A stretch of DNA of 63,799 nucleotides, filler included, from Octopus bimaculoides (taxonomy: Eukaryota): the NCBI RefSeq assembly GCF_001194135.2. It is 6 parts of 5 records of this genome, joined end to end, with 100 filler letters (N's around TTAATTAATTAA, not from the genome) between each part and the next. Parts side by side here need not be neighbours in the genome. Positions count along the whole stretch, not along the records: positions 1 to 18,306 come from NC_068981.1; 5 more parts are not named here. One strand, written 5' to 3'. Of this stretch, positions 1-11,292 are shown in pieces (the first letter of the stretch is position 1; each line of letters opens with the position of its first letter). The notes beneath the pieces were generated by a model, which saw only the letters and a program-made list of their open reading frames with translations, made no database searches and was not told the DNA's origin. Both the position numbers and the translations under genes were made by a program.

Positions 1-68
1 CTTCATAACCTTGCTACAAAGTAGGTGGCCAGACAAAATTTACTCTAAAGTTAAAAAGGGAAAGAGAA

Positions 69-161
69 CATACATACATACATACATACATACATACATA
101 CATACATACATACAAACAAACATACATACATACATAAATACATACATACATACATACATAC
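69..161. repeat. (TACA)n microsatellite
   Basis: Direct tetranucleotide run; source of the MYVC/HTYI pseudo-ORFs. Confidence 0.95.
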
Positions 162-392
162 GTATTGTGACTGTTCTGGAGTAGCGCGAGAAAAATAAAA
201 CTAAGAAAAGTAATGCACTTGCGTATGTGTGTAGAAGCATTTCCGTTTAGCCACAAGTAGATCCACCCACGAATACATACTAGTAATCGTATACACAGAA
301 ATGAAACAGATTAGACATTACGTGTGCGTACATTGTATGCATTAACTTATACGGAAACTTACGCAAATGCATGTACATACTGGCATCTGTTG

Positions 393-438
<46 letters not shown>

Positions 439-538
439 GAACTGTGTTTTAGTTAGAAAGAAGCCATACAGAAGCAATGTAAAAAAGTGTCAAATGATGT
501 TAGAAAATTACGTACGNNNNNNNNNNGGCTCAAGCCCT

Positions 539-545
539 AATAATG

Positions 546-643
<98 letters not shown>

Positions 644-656
644 AATAATAATAATT
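539..656. repeat. Compound (AAT)n-(GAT)n microsatellite
   Basis: Direct sequence. Confidence 0.95.
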
Positions 657-664
657 TTTACTGA

Positions 665-790
665 AAGCACAAGGCCTAAAATTTGGTGGAGAGGAGACTA
701 GTCGATTTCATCGACCCCAGTGTTTCAATGGTACTTGATTTATCGACCCCGAAAGGATGACTCCTCGGCGGAATTTGAACTCAGAACGTA
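665..790 (-). mobile_element. SINE family A fragment (tRNA head plus Meta-like central domain)
   Basis: gtcgatttcatcgaccccag...gaaaggatga...cggcggaatttgaactcagaacgt matches many other copies in the window; the minus strand carries B-box GAGTTCAAATTCC. Confidence 0.7.
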
Positions 791-965
791 GCGGCAGACG
801 AAGGGTTGTAGCCGAACAAATCGACCCCAAGATGTTTCTTCAATTTTTTAAAAACTCTTGTACTTATTCTATCGTTCTCTTTTGCCGAGCAGTTAGCTTA
901 CCTGGATGTAAGCAAACCAACACCGGTTGTCAAGCGGTTGGGAGGGGGACAAACACAGACACAAA
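791..965 (-). mobile_element. SINE family B (CORE-type) 3' half
   Basis: aaatcgacccc...tacttattctatcg...ggttgtcaagcg...ggggacaaacacagac aligns to the full copy at 42455-42846. Confidence 0.65.
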
Positions 966-1141
966 GACAGTCAGACAGACAGACACAATATATATATATA
1001 CACATATATGATATATATATACATATATATATATATAATTTTTCAAAGTAAACTCTGTAATCGTTACCAATATAGCATGCGATTTCACCTCAAAAAATCT
1101 AAATTAGACTCCTTAAGGATCGTTCTCCTTGTTTATATATC

Positions 1142-1573
1142 CAAAGTTTAAAATTTTTACATTTAAGAAAGAGATTTGACGCCGATGTCCATATCAATGT
1201 ATTTAATCCGATGTTAACATTTCTGTATACAGCTATATTTGACCACTAAGTATAAGTCAAATATATCAGTTGCCAAACACTTCATCAGGAATAACTTTCT
1301 TTAGAACAAAAAAACAAAAAACAAAAAAACCCATGCAGTATGGATTTTAAATTTTGAATTTTTGATTTTGTTCGATTAATTCATTATGTGTTTTTTTTTG
1401 TTTTTTTTTGTTCTAAAGAAAGTTATTCCTGATGAAGTGTATGGCAACTGATATATTTGACTTATACTTAGTGGTCAAATATAGCTGTATACAGAAATGT
1501 TAACATCGGATTAAATACATTGATATGGACATCGGCGTCAAATCTCTTTCTTAAATGTAAAAATTTAAAACTT

Positions 1574-1575
<2 letters not shown>
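1142..1575. repeat. Foldback inverted repeat (arms about 185 bp, spacer about 60 bp)
   Basis: 1142-1330 is the near-perfect reverse complement of 1391-1575; TA-repeat flanks. Confidence 0.9.
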
Positions 1576-1652
<77 letters not shown>

Positions 1653-1653
1653 A

Positions 1654-1810
1654 TGACAGGCTTCTTTCAGTTTCCACCAACCAAATCCACTCACAAGTCT
1701 TTGGCCGGTCCGAGTCTATAGTAGAAGACACTTGCCCAAGGTGCCACGCAGTGGGACTGAATCCGGAATCATATGGTTGGGAAGCAAGCTTCTCACCACA
1801 CAGCCAGGCC
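1654..1810 (-). mobile_element. SINE family B 5' half (tRNA head plus CORE-like domain)
   Basis: The minus strand reads tggctgtgtggtgagaagcttgc...ggcaccttgggcaagtgtcttctactatag. Confidence 0.75.
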
Positions 1811-2059
1811 AGCATCACAACATCCACATATAGTGTGGAAGTAGAAATACTGTAGCTGTCGTTAGTCGCAGTACCGTCGTATTTGAGTAGTTTTATGATC
1901 AAAGGTTTTTTAACTGTTTCCATTCGTCTTTTTTCTAGTCTGTACAGAATTGAGGACCACATTATCAAAACTAATTTTTGTAAAGATGGTAGAGTGAAAT
2001 CTGAGGCAGAAAGAGATGGCTATTTCTAATTGAAGTTCTCTCGTTGACACCTGGAGATT

Positions 2060-2315
2060 AGTTACATACTGTGGTATATGTATGCATATATACGTGCAGA
2101 TTTGTATGTTTCGTTTTACGTATGTCTTCTCATGCATATATTTGCATGCTCATACATACTTAAATGATAAATTTCTGGTAAGTTTTACAGATATTTACAG
2201 TTCCAGAGATAGCTTGGGTCTGTAGTCTTTGAATCAGCTTTCTCCTTTCTGGTTTTGAGAAGCCTAATTTCTCACGATTGATATTTAGGCGGTGAGCTAT
2301 ATATCCCAGTGTCCC
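2060..2315 (-). mobile_element. 5'-truncated RLE-type non-LTR retrotransposon C-terminus and 3' UTR
   Basis: GTLGYIAHRLNINREKLGFSKPERRKLIQRLQTQAISGTVNICKTYQKF is homologous to the 33700 copy; (CATA)n lies at its 5' junction. Confidence 0.6.
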
Positions 2316-2564
2316 ATGTATGTATGTATGTATGTATGTATGTATGTCTGTATGTATGTAGGTACGTATATATGTATGTATGTGTTTGTGTCTGAGTGTT
2401 ATTCTTATATGCATGACCATTCATATATAAACATATATATATATATATATATATATATACCTACATACATTATATAAACACACACACACGCACACACATA
2501 CACACGCGCGCGCACACATACACGCACACATACACGCACACATGCATATGTATGTGAAAAAACG

Positions 2565-2835
2565 CATGGCTTAGTGGTACGAGTGTTGCATTTACATTCG
2601 CTTGATCGTGGGTTCGATTCCCAGACCGGCGGAGCGTTCTGTTTTTCGGAAAAACACTTCGTCTTCCGTTGATCCAGTCCACTCATCTATAGAATGAGTA
2701 GCCCTTCGTTAGACTCATGTGCCCTTCAGTGGGTATATTGGCCTGTCCGCCTAGCCAGTGAGGGGACATCTTTCAAAAACTACAACGTGAGAAAACGCAT
2801 TGTAACTAGCGGTGTATAACGACATCCGATTGTCT
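2565..2835 (+). mobile_element. SINE family C (tRNA head, CORE-like domain)
   Basis: A-box tggcttagtgg, B-box gggttcgattccc, then ccagtccactca...aatgagta as in 29805 and 52041. Confidence 0.65.
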
Positions 2836-2906
2836 GGTTGATATATATATATATATATATGTTAATTCTCTATATGAAGTATTAACAGTAACTGCACGAT
2901 AAAGTG

Positions 2907-3829
2907 TAGTATATTGCCACTTAAGTGTGGCTGACCCCTAGGGGTGGATGTTACTGTTGCTTTTAGCCCCAGGAGGACATCTCCTCCAGCTGGCTTATCG
3001 ACACACGACTGTGTCCTGTTTGCCAAGGGAGTTATCCCTCTCACCTCGGCCAGCAGCACGAACGTATCCGGATTTCAGGGTTATTTCCCTTCGTCGGCGT
3101 TCGACAGCTGATGNNNNNNNNNNNNNNNNNNNNNNNNNNNNNNNNNNNNNNNNNNNNNNNNNNNNNNNNNNNNNNNNNNNNNNNNNNNNNNNNNNNNNNN
3201 NNNNNNNNNNNNNNNNNNNNNNNNNNNNNNNNNNNNNNNNNNNNNNNNNNNNNNNNNNNNNNNNNNNNNNNNNNNNNNNNNNNNNNNNNNNNNNNNNNNN
3301 NNNNNNNNNNNNNNNNNNNNNNNNNNNNNNNNNNNNNNNNNNNNNNNNNNNNNNNNNNNNNNNNNNNNNNNNNNNNNNNNNNNNNNNNNNNNNNNNNNNN
3401 NNNNNNNNNNNNNNNNNNNNNNNNNNNNNNNNNNNNNNNNNNNNNNNNNNNNNNNNNNNNNNNNNNNNNNNNNNNNNNNNNNNNNNNNNNNNNNNNNNNN
3501 NNNNNNNNNNNNNNNNNNNNNNNNNNNNNNNNNNNNNNNNNNNNNNNNNNNNNNNNNNNNNNNNNNNNNNNNNNNNNNNNNNNNNNNNNNNNNNNNNNNN
3601 NNNNNNNNNNNNNNNNNNNNNNNNNNNNNNNNNNNNNNNNNNNNNNNNNNNNNNNNNNNNNNNNNNNNNNNNNNNNNNNNNNNNNNNNNNNNNNNNNNNN
3701 NNNNNNNNNNNNNNNNNNNNNNNNNGACACAGTCGTGTGTCGATAAGCCAGCTGGAGGAGATGTCCTCCTGGGGCTAAAAGCAACAGTAACATCCACCCC
3801 TAGGGGTCAGCCACACTTAAGTGGCAATA

Positions 3830-3834
<5 letters not shown>
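2907..3834. mobile_element. Inverted-repeat element with HHR (Penelope pseudo-LTR-like), centre in a gap
   Basis: 2907-3015 is the exact reverse complement of 3726-3834 (109 bp). A diverged single-arm homolog lies at 35258-35505. An HHR sits in the left arm extension. Confidence 0.75.
3059..3103 (-). ncRNA. Minimal type I hammerhead ribozyme (U4C core)
   Basis: Minus strand: cgaacg CCGACGA aggg-aaataa-ccct GAAA tccgga UA cgttcg. Stem I 6 bp, stem II 4 bp, palindromic stem III ATCCGGAT. Confidence 0.75.
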
Positions 3835-3872
<38 letters not shown>

Positions 3873-4046
3873 TACACACACACACACACACATATGTGCG
3901 TGATTGCGTGTGTGTGTGTGTTTGTGTGTGTTTGTGTGTGTATGTGTGTGTATATATGTATTAATGTTAGTTTTTATGTACAGTTATAAAAACAATTTTA
4001 CATTAATCTGATGTGCAACTCTATACCTTTGTAGAGTACAAATTTA

Positions 4047-4170
4047 TTATTCTTATACAAGAATGTTGTTGACAGTGACTTCGAAGTTTCGGCCTGCTAA
4101 GCCATCCGACTGTGGCTGAGCTGGCCGAATCTTCGATGTCACTGTCAACAGAATTCTTGTACAAGAATAA
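4047..4170. repeat. 124-bp near-perfect hairpin
   Basis: Arms of about 58 bp around the loop tccgactg; the right arm ends in the palindrome ATTCTTGTACAAGAAT (one mismatch in the left arm). Confidence 0.9.
4072..4113 (-). ncRNA. Degenerate hammerhead remnant
   Basis: Minus strand: acagt [CGGAT, damaged core] ggct-tagca-ggcc GAAA cttcgaag UC actgt. Stems I, II and palindromic III are intact. Confidence 0.5.
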
Positions 4171-4196
4171 TCAATATGTATGTATGTATGTATGCA

Positions 4197-4227
<31 letters not shown>

Positions 4228-4439
4228 ATGTATGTATGTATGCATGCATGCATATATGTACGTATATTAGTTGGGTCCTTGTTGTTTGTGCTGTAGCTGA
4301 ATCTGTCTTAATATTTAACTTTAACAAAACATTTTTACTCATTGATGTTACTTGCAGTCACTATTCTTGTTGTCGCTGTTGTTATTGTTGAGTGAGAGAG
4401 TAGTGCATGCCATCAAAGTAACACTGGAATACAAATATA

Positions 4440-4845
4440 CGAAGCCCAGTATACCCATCATGACTACCCGTCTGATAAGGGTACACCAGGCACGTGCATC
4501 ACAACCATATAAGCGCGACATGGTGATCTCATATCAAGATAAACAACGCATGACCCTGCAGGTGGGGCCCAGTTAGAATTTTCTTCCGGTCCAGTAGCCC
4601 ATTCCGCTCAAAAGGTCCCTGAATAAGAGTCGTTTAAGGATGTTGAACGAAACACCCATGTTTCCAGAGGTTGATTATTCAAACCCCCAAAGAATTCCTC
4701 TCAACACATGGCTATGATACTCCCCCACTACTTCTGCTCGTGATCAGAGATGCACACATTGCCAGCCGTCAAGGGACATGCTCAACTAGTTAAAATGAAA
4801 CAACTGACAAGCAAATCTGTGGTATTGAGCAGAATATTTGCTGCA
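4440..4845. mobile_element. Unclassified interspersed repeat
   Basis: Complex, non-coding block between microsatellites; recalled as an abundant octopus repeat, with no second copy in the window. Confidence 0.3.
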
Positions 4846-5527
4846 GCGCATTATTATTACCATCCTTTCTCCTGTTGTTGTTTTTATGCTATTTTTATTG
4901 TTGGTGTGATTCGTTTTCTGTTTTTTTCTTTTGCTGTTTTATTTTCTAATTAGTTGGTAGTCTTGTTATCATTGTTATTTCTAAATATCTGCTTTCTTTT
5001 CAGATATAATAGATCAGACCTAAGATCAAAGACTTCCCTACCAAGTAGATCTCATTCGTTATCTAATGTTTAAGACGATAAGCTTTGATTTCAGGGTGGC
5101 TTTGCTGTTATTTCGAGCGGGTTGATGCACCTCTTACCCCCACCACCCGTCGTTAGCTCTTTTTTTGTTATTGTCGTTATCAGTGTTGTAGCTTTACGTT
5201 GTTGTTCATATTTTTATTTTTTATTGTGAATAGTTATCTTTCTCACATAAGAAGAGCTTAGCTACTTTCATTGTAGTACTCATCTTTTTACCACTAACAC
5301 TACTCCTCCTGTTGCTGTTTCTAAAACAGATGTTTTTGCCTTGTCAAACGACAAATCAAATCCAAATGCATTCTCTTAGAGAAGGGACGTTGACATTCTA
5401 TAAAAATGTTCCTCTTCACTTACTTCATGTGTTGTAAATACAATGAGAGAACAAAATATTTTTCAACATTTCTCAGAGCTTTGCTCACCATGTCTGAGTA
5501 AAGATGATGATGAGGATGATGATAATA

Positions 5528-5570
<43 letters not shown>

Positions 5571-7043
5571 CGACGACGACGATGGCAACATTTATAATCT
5601 TTTATTTATTGGCTGCAAATGGCCCATAAATGCAAAGCAAAATATATCATACTAAAGTTCTGACAAAACATGCGAGGATGCACATTTTAAAATATAATAC
5701 AAGTTAGAGGGCGACAGAAAAGCGTAAAACAATAATATTAAATTAATTTAAACATTTGTTTCTTTCAGATTAAGCAAATACAAATAAATACAAACCAGGA
5801 CATCCATTCTCACAAGGAAAAGAAACTGCCACTTTACGATGAGGGTACTCCAAGACGCAGTCACCTNNNNNNNNNNNNNNNNNNNNNNNNNNNNNNNNNN
5901 NNNNNNNNNNNNNNNNNNNNNNNNNNNNNNNNNNNNNNNNNNNNNNNNNNNNNNNNNNNNNNNNNNNNNNNNNNNNNNNNNNNNNNNNNNNNNNNNNNNN
6001 NNNNNNNNNNNNNNNNNNNNNNNNNNNNNNNNNNNNNNNNNNNNNNNNNNNNNNNNNNNNNNNNNNNNNNNNNNNNNNNNNNNNNNNNNNNNNNNNNNNN
6101 NNNNNNNNNNNNNNNNNNNNNNNNNNNNNNNNNNNNNNNNNNNNNNNNNNNNNNNNNNNNNNNNNNNNNCTCAGCAGAATATTCATTCGTTGTCTTTTAA
6201 GTTCATTTTTAGAATAGAGTGTTCCTATGGGATCAACATAAAATTCAGGCACTCTCTTGGATAAGCGCTTTCTCGTGAGGGACTCTTAACCGCCTGCTTG
6301 CCTTTTGTTTGAACTCACTTTTTGGCCTTATTTCTTTTCTGAGTAGATTTCCATTCTTCTTCAGTCTCTATCTTTTCGCCACAGCCACAAGACATTAAGG
6401 TGATATTATAACGTTTCTGTGCTGAAGGAGAAACTACCACCAATTTCTCTGTCAAGCTTGGTTCTCGATAATAGTGGTACTGAAGGTGAGATAATTTCGT
6501 TTGCTTCAACTTCGGTCATTTACGGAGCTTCAGTCTGTCGTGCTTTCGAAATGGTGATTGTAGCAGCTTTACTCTGATATTTACTATTGTTGTTGCTGCT
6601 GTCTCTACTGTTATTGTTTTAGTTTGTTCTCTTCTGCTGGGAAAAAGGGATTTTTGTTTTGTAAAACCAGTATGATTCACTTCCCAATAGGTCGCAACTC
6701 CATGGTAACCTTGTGGTCCCTGAGAATTCGTACCGATCCCATCTAAGTACATATTGTTGTGGGTTAGTCCTGAATTCATCATATGTCCATGCAAATATAG
6801 CTGTAAGTCGAGTGCTAACATATCTGGCGATGGTTTTAGTGTTTGTGAGACCCTGGAGATGTGGAAAAATCTGTGAGGAGGACTGTGGAGCATCAATCCT
6901 ACATGTCTCCGTGCCTCGTAATAAGTTTTTAGAAATCAAGTAGACGTTTGCATATGTCCTGTTCCAGTTGAGGAAGAACATGTCCTGTCACACACCAGAT
7001 GGAGATAATGGTGAAGATGGAGGTGATGGAGGTGGTGGCGGAT

Positions 7044-7879
7044 CGGATGGTGGTAGCTATAAACGGACACGTTTCACCGAGAGAAAAAAAATTCCTCCAT
7101 ATTTACGTAATTCAGCCGTCGAGGGAATATGGAAGTCTCCTTCATTTTTATGGAAAACAGAGATATGTCATTTCGCTTCGGCTTTCGCTTCGGCTTTCGC
7201 TTCGGCTTTCGCTTCGGCTTTCGCTTCGGCTTTCGCTTCGGCTTTCGCTTCGGCTTTCGCTGGATAAATACATTTAGCAAAGAGACACTTGTTTATGTAA
7301 CATATATTGCCCGTTCCTTCTTTATCTGCAGTAGGTTCAGAGCATATTGTTCCTCTTGTAAAACGTGAGTAAATGATGGAATGTTGCTATAGTTAATACT
7401 ATTATTGCTGAGCAAGCTGCTGTTACTCTATTGAAATCAGATTTAAACATTATTCTTTTTTTTTTTTCGTTTGCGTATTTATTTTCCATTGTACAAGTGT
7501 AAATGTTTACGTATGTAATCTAGTTAGTGTGATGATTTTTTATGGAAGAATTGAAGCAGTATTTTTCTTTCGATTGGAGACTGTTACTTTACGCTAATAC
7601 TGCATCCTCTTTAGCGAGCATCCTTTTCGTCCACTTTGAGGCAGCAATCTTGCAGCGGATATAAATAATGAAAATGGCTATTTGGCAAAAATAAGTAACA
7701 GTTTAAAAGTTAAAAAAAAAAAAAAAAATGCTTATCCTTTATCCTAGGTAATAGAATAGACGTTCGAATATTCCAAAGCCTTTTGATGTTAAAAGTACAA
7801 AAAAAAAAAAAATAAATAAATAAATGGAAGAAAATTTTTTTCTCAATGAAACGTGTCCGTTTACAACTACCACCACCCG
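7044..7879. mobile_element. Non-autonomous TIR element with imperfect TIRs
   Basis: cggatggtggtagctataaacggacacgtttcaccgagagaaaaaaaattcctccat matches the reverse complement of 7825-7879 (cgggtggtggtagttgtaaacggacacgtttcattgagaaaaaaattttcttccat). Confidence 0.6.
7171..7260. repeat. 12-bp minisatellite (TTCGCTTCGGCT) x7.5
   Basis: Perfect tandem copies. Confidence 0.97.
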
Positions 7880-7889
7880 GTTCACTATT

Positions 7890-8150
7890 ACCTTCTACCA
7901 CCCTAAAAGTAATACCGGCAGACTCTACTTACCAAGAAAAATAGGAGGCAGAATTTTGCTAAACGTAAAAGACAGTGTTAGCGTTGCGATATTGTGTTTG
8001 AAAAATAAGAAGTAGCAGTTGTCTTTAGTATAGGCATAAGACCAGACATTTTGGAGAAGAAGGTTAGTCGATAACATTGACTTCAGTGTTTGATTAGGGC
8101 TTATTCCTAAACACAATATTTGTTATAAAAGGAATTTACAATGACATGGT
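7890..8150 (+). mobile_element. R4/Dong-clade LINE fragment
   Basis: HPKSNTGRLYLPRKIGGRILLNVKDSV resembles the clade motif HPK.D..RLYLPR..GGRGL. Confidence 0.6.
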
Positions 8151-8399
8151 AAGATGTCTACATGAAAACGAGAATGGTGCAAGGTTACAATATATTAAGA
8201 TATTAAAAATTGATAACATAAACGTAGATAAATTACACAAAATACGTAAGTACATAAATCTAGAAATACGGGGTGAGTCAAAAGTTTCGCACTAAATAAG
8301 TTCAATAAGCTCCGGAAATTTTCCAAAATTCAATAAGATTAATACAATTCAGATGAATGTACACACACTTATACATGATGAGCAAAATGAATAATAATG

Positions 8400-8458
<59 letters not shown>

Positions 8459-8744
8459 TACCTATCGTTTCCTTTCTCCCTCAGTATTCGAAAATGTAAA
8501 CATCCCTTTCATTGCAAAAACACTACTGTATTCTCTACAACTGGATAGACAAACGAACATCTCAAGAAAATTTTAAAACTTTAATATATTAAATTTTGTA
8601 TGAACCGTATCTCTGACTACCCAAATATGTAAACATACCTTTTATTGCAACAACACAATTGAATTCGGAAATTCAGAGATTCAACGACGTGAATATCAGT
8701 GTATAAAAATAAATAAATATATTATATATTTTATATATATATGC

Positions 8745-8775
<31 letters not shown>

Positions 8776-9633
8776 NNNNNNNNNNNNNNNNNNNNNNNNN
8801 NNNNNNNNNNNNNNNNNNNNNNNNNNNNNNNNNNNNNNNNNNNNNNNNNNNNNNNNNNNNNNNNNNNNNNNNNNNNNNNNNNNNNNNNNNNNNNNNNNNN
8901 NNNNNNNNNNNNNNNNNNNNNNNNNNNNNNNNNNNNNNNNNNNNNNNNNNNNNNNNNNNNNNNNNNNNNNNNNNNNNNNNNNNNNNNNNNNNNNNNNNNN
9001 NNNNNNNNNNNNNNNNNNNNNNNNNNNNNNNNNNNNNNNNNNNNNNNNNNNNNNNNNNNNNNNNNNNNNNNNNNNNNNNNNNNNNNNNNNNNNNNNNNNN
9101 NNNNNNNNNNNNNNNNNNNNNNNNNNNNNNNNNNNNNNNNNNNNNNNNNNNNNNNNNNNNNNNNNNNNNNNNNNNNNNNNNNNNNNNNNNNNNNNNNNNN
9201 NNNNNNNNNNNNNNNNNNNNNNNNNNNNNNNNNNNNNNNNNNNNNNNNNNNNNNNNNNNNNNNNNNNNNNNNNNNNNNNNNNNNNNNNNNNNNNNNNNNN
9301 NNNNNNNNNNNNNNNNNNNNNNNNNNNNNNNNNNNNNNNNNNNNNNNNNNNNNNNNNNNNNNNNNNNNNNNNNNNNNNNNNNNNNNNNNNNNNNNNNNNN
9401 NNNNNNNNNNNNNNNNNNNNNNNNNNNNNNNNNNNNNNNNNNNNNNNNNNNNNNNNNNNNNNNNNNNNNNNNNNNNNNNNNNNNNNNNNNNNNNNNNNNN
9501 NNNNNNNNNNNNNNNNNNNNNNNNNNNNNNNNNNNNNNNNNNNNNNNNNNNNNNNNNNNNNNNNNNNNNNNNNNNNNNNNNNNNNNNNNNNNNNNNNNNN
9601 NNNNNNNNNNNNNNNNNNNNNNNNNNNNNNNNN

Positions 9634-9718
9634 CATCACAGCAAACCACAGCACATACCCAAGGCACACAGAGCTGCGCTCGGTAGTGAAGTGAAAGCAC
9701 GTTATAAAAATAAGACTA

Positions 9719-9773
<55 letters not shown>

Positions 9774-9780
9774 GTAATTA
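9634..9780 (+). mobile_element. R4/Dong 3' UTR with (AAT)n tail
   Basis: cccaaggcacacagagctgcgctcg...aaataagactactg(aat)n matches the 3' end of the 18868-20345 element. Confidence 0.7.
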
Positions 9781-9950
9781 TTATTTCTTTATTGCCCACA
9801 AGGGGCTAAACACAGAGGGGACAAACAAGGACATACAAAGGGATTAAGTCGATTACATCAACCCCAGTGCGTAACTGGTACTTATTTAATCGACCCCGAA
9901 AGGATGAAAGGCTAAGTCGACCTCGGCGGAATTTGAACTCGAGCGAACTA
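9781..9950 (-). mobile_element. SINE family A
   Basis: Tail tatttctttattgcccacaaggggc through B-box ggaatttgaactc. Confidence 0.8.
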
Positions 9951-10548
9951 TTGATATAGCTTGCCGAAGACTAAGATTTTAGAGCGAACGTAAATATAGA
10001 GCAAAATGAAACTTGAAAATAAAGGCATTCATAATGCATAATGCAAGTTTACACATACAAAATACATGTACACACAAACATGCACATATATTGCATATAT
10101 GCATCGATAGACACTAGATTTATGATGTTACTAGACACCTCTGTGAACAATAAACATTTCTATTTTTTTGATATTTTCAATAAATGTTTAATGTTTAATG
10201 TATTGCTAACAGCAAATTACAAATATGAGATGACATAAAAAACGTTATAAATGAAAACCAAACAAAACATTTTCTTTTGTCTGTTAAACACATGGCATAA
10301 TTGTCTGTTCTATCATTTAGCCACTTCATACATAAAATGTAAGTCTATCTTAATGCTCAGCGTATTTGTCAATCTCAGTTGCATAGTCTGACATTCTAAC
10401 TATTCCTTTCTCTTCCATTTCTTCTTTTGAACGTCGTATAATTTCCGACATTTCATCGTCCTCACACTACGAAAACGAAATTCCGCACACCAGCGCACAC
10501 ACACAAAAAAGAGGATATAATAGTTGATTGAATTGTCTGAGTACATTA

Positions 10549-10697
10549 CTGGTACTTATTTCTGCTGACCACCTATCCAGTATCATAAATTCTGGTACTT
10601 ATTTCTGTTGACCACCTACCCAGTATCATAAATTCTGGTACTTATTTCTGTTGACCACCTACCCAGTACCATAAACTCTGGTACTTATTTCTGTTAG
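10549..10697. repeat. 43-bp tandem repeat, about 3.5 units
   Basis: Unit ctggtacttatttctgttgaccacctacccagtatcataaatt; begins with the SINE A motif ctggtacttattt. Confidence 0.9.
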
Positions 10698-10879
10698 TTC
10701 GATAATATTTCGAAGCAAAAAGTAACTAGAGACATTGGAGCAATGTCTATTCCTTTGCCATCTATTTTAAGATACGTTCACGCCTCGACAAAAAGCTTGA
10801 AGCATCCCGAAGCTCGTTTACTCGCATCATATATAAACTTATCTCAAATTTTCTAACCTCCCTTCAATAGTGGTTTCAA

Positions 10880-11292
10880 ATTTTAGTACAAGGCCAGCAA
10901 TTTTGGGGGAGGGGGCTAGTCGATTACATCGACCAGAGGGCACTTATTTTATCGAACCCGAAAGATGGAAAGCAAAGTCGATCCCGGCGACAGTTGTACT
11001 CAGAACGTAAAGCTGTGAAGATATACCGCTAAGCCTTTTGTCTGGCTGCTAACGATTCTTATTTCTTTATTGCCCACAAGGGGCTAAACATAGAGGGGAC
11101 AAACAAGGACAGACAAAGGGATTAAGTCGATTACATCGACGCCAGTGCGTAACTGGTACTTAATTTATCGACTCCGAAAGGATGAAAGGCAAAGTCGACC
11201 TCGGCGGAATTTGAACTCAGATCGTAGCGGCAGACGAAATACCGCTAAGCCTTTTGTCTGGCTGCTAACGATTCTGCCAGCTCGCCGCCTTA
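10880..11292 (-). mobile_element. SINE family A head-to-tail dimer
   Basis: An older copy (10880-11059) and a younger copy (11060-11292) share an identical 37-bp head segment. Confidence 0.85.

Noticed and set aside
6713-6960. piggyBac-like peptide EEDCGASILHVSVPRNKFLEIK, and weak Penelope-like motifs on the opposite strand
   Set aside because: One short motif, flanking sequence does not extend the match, and the two readings conflict; needs an HMM search.
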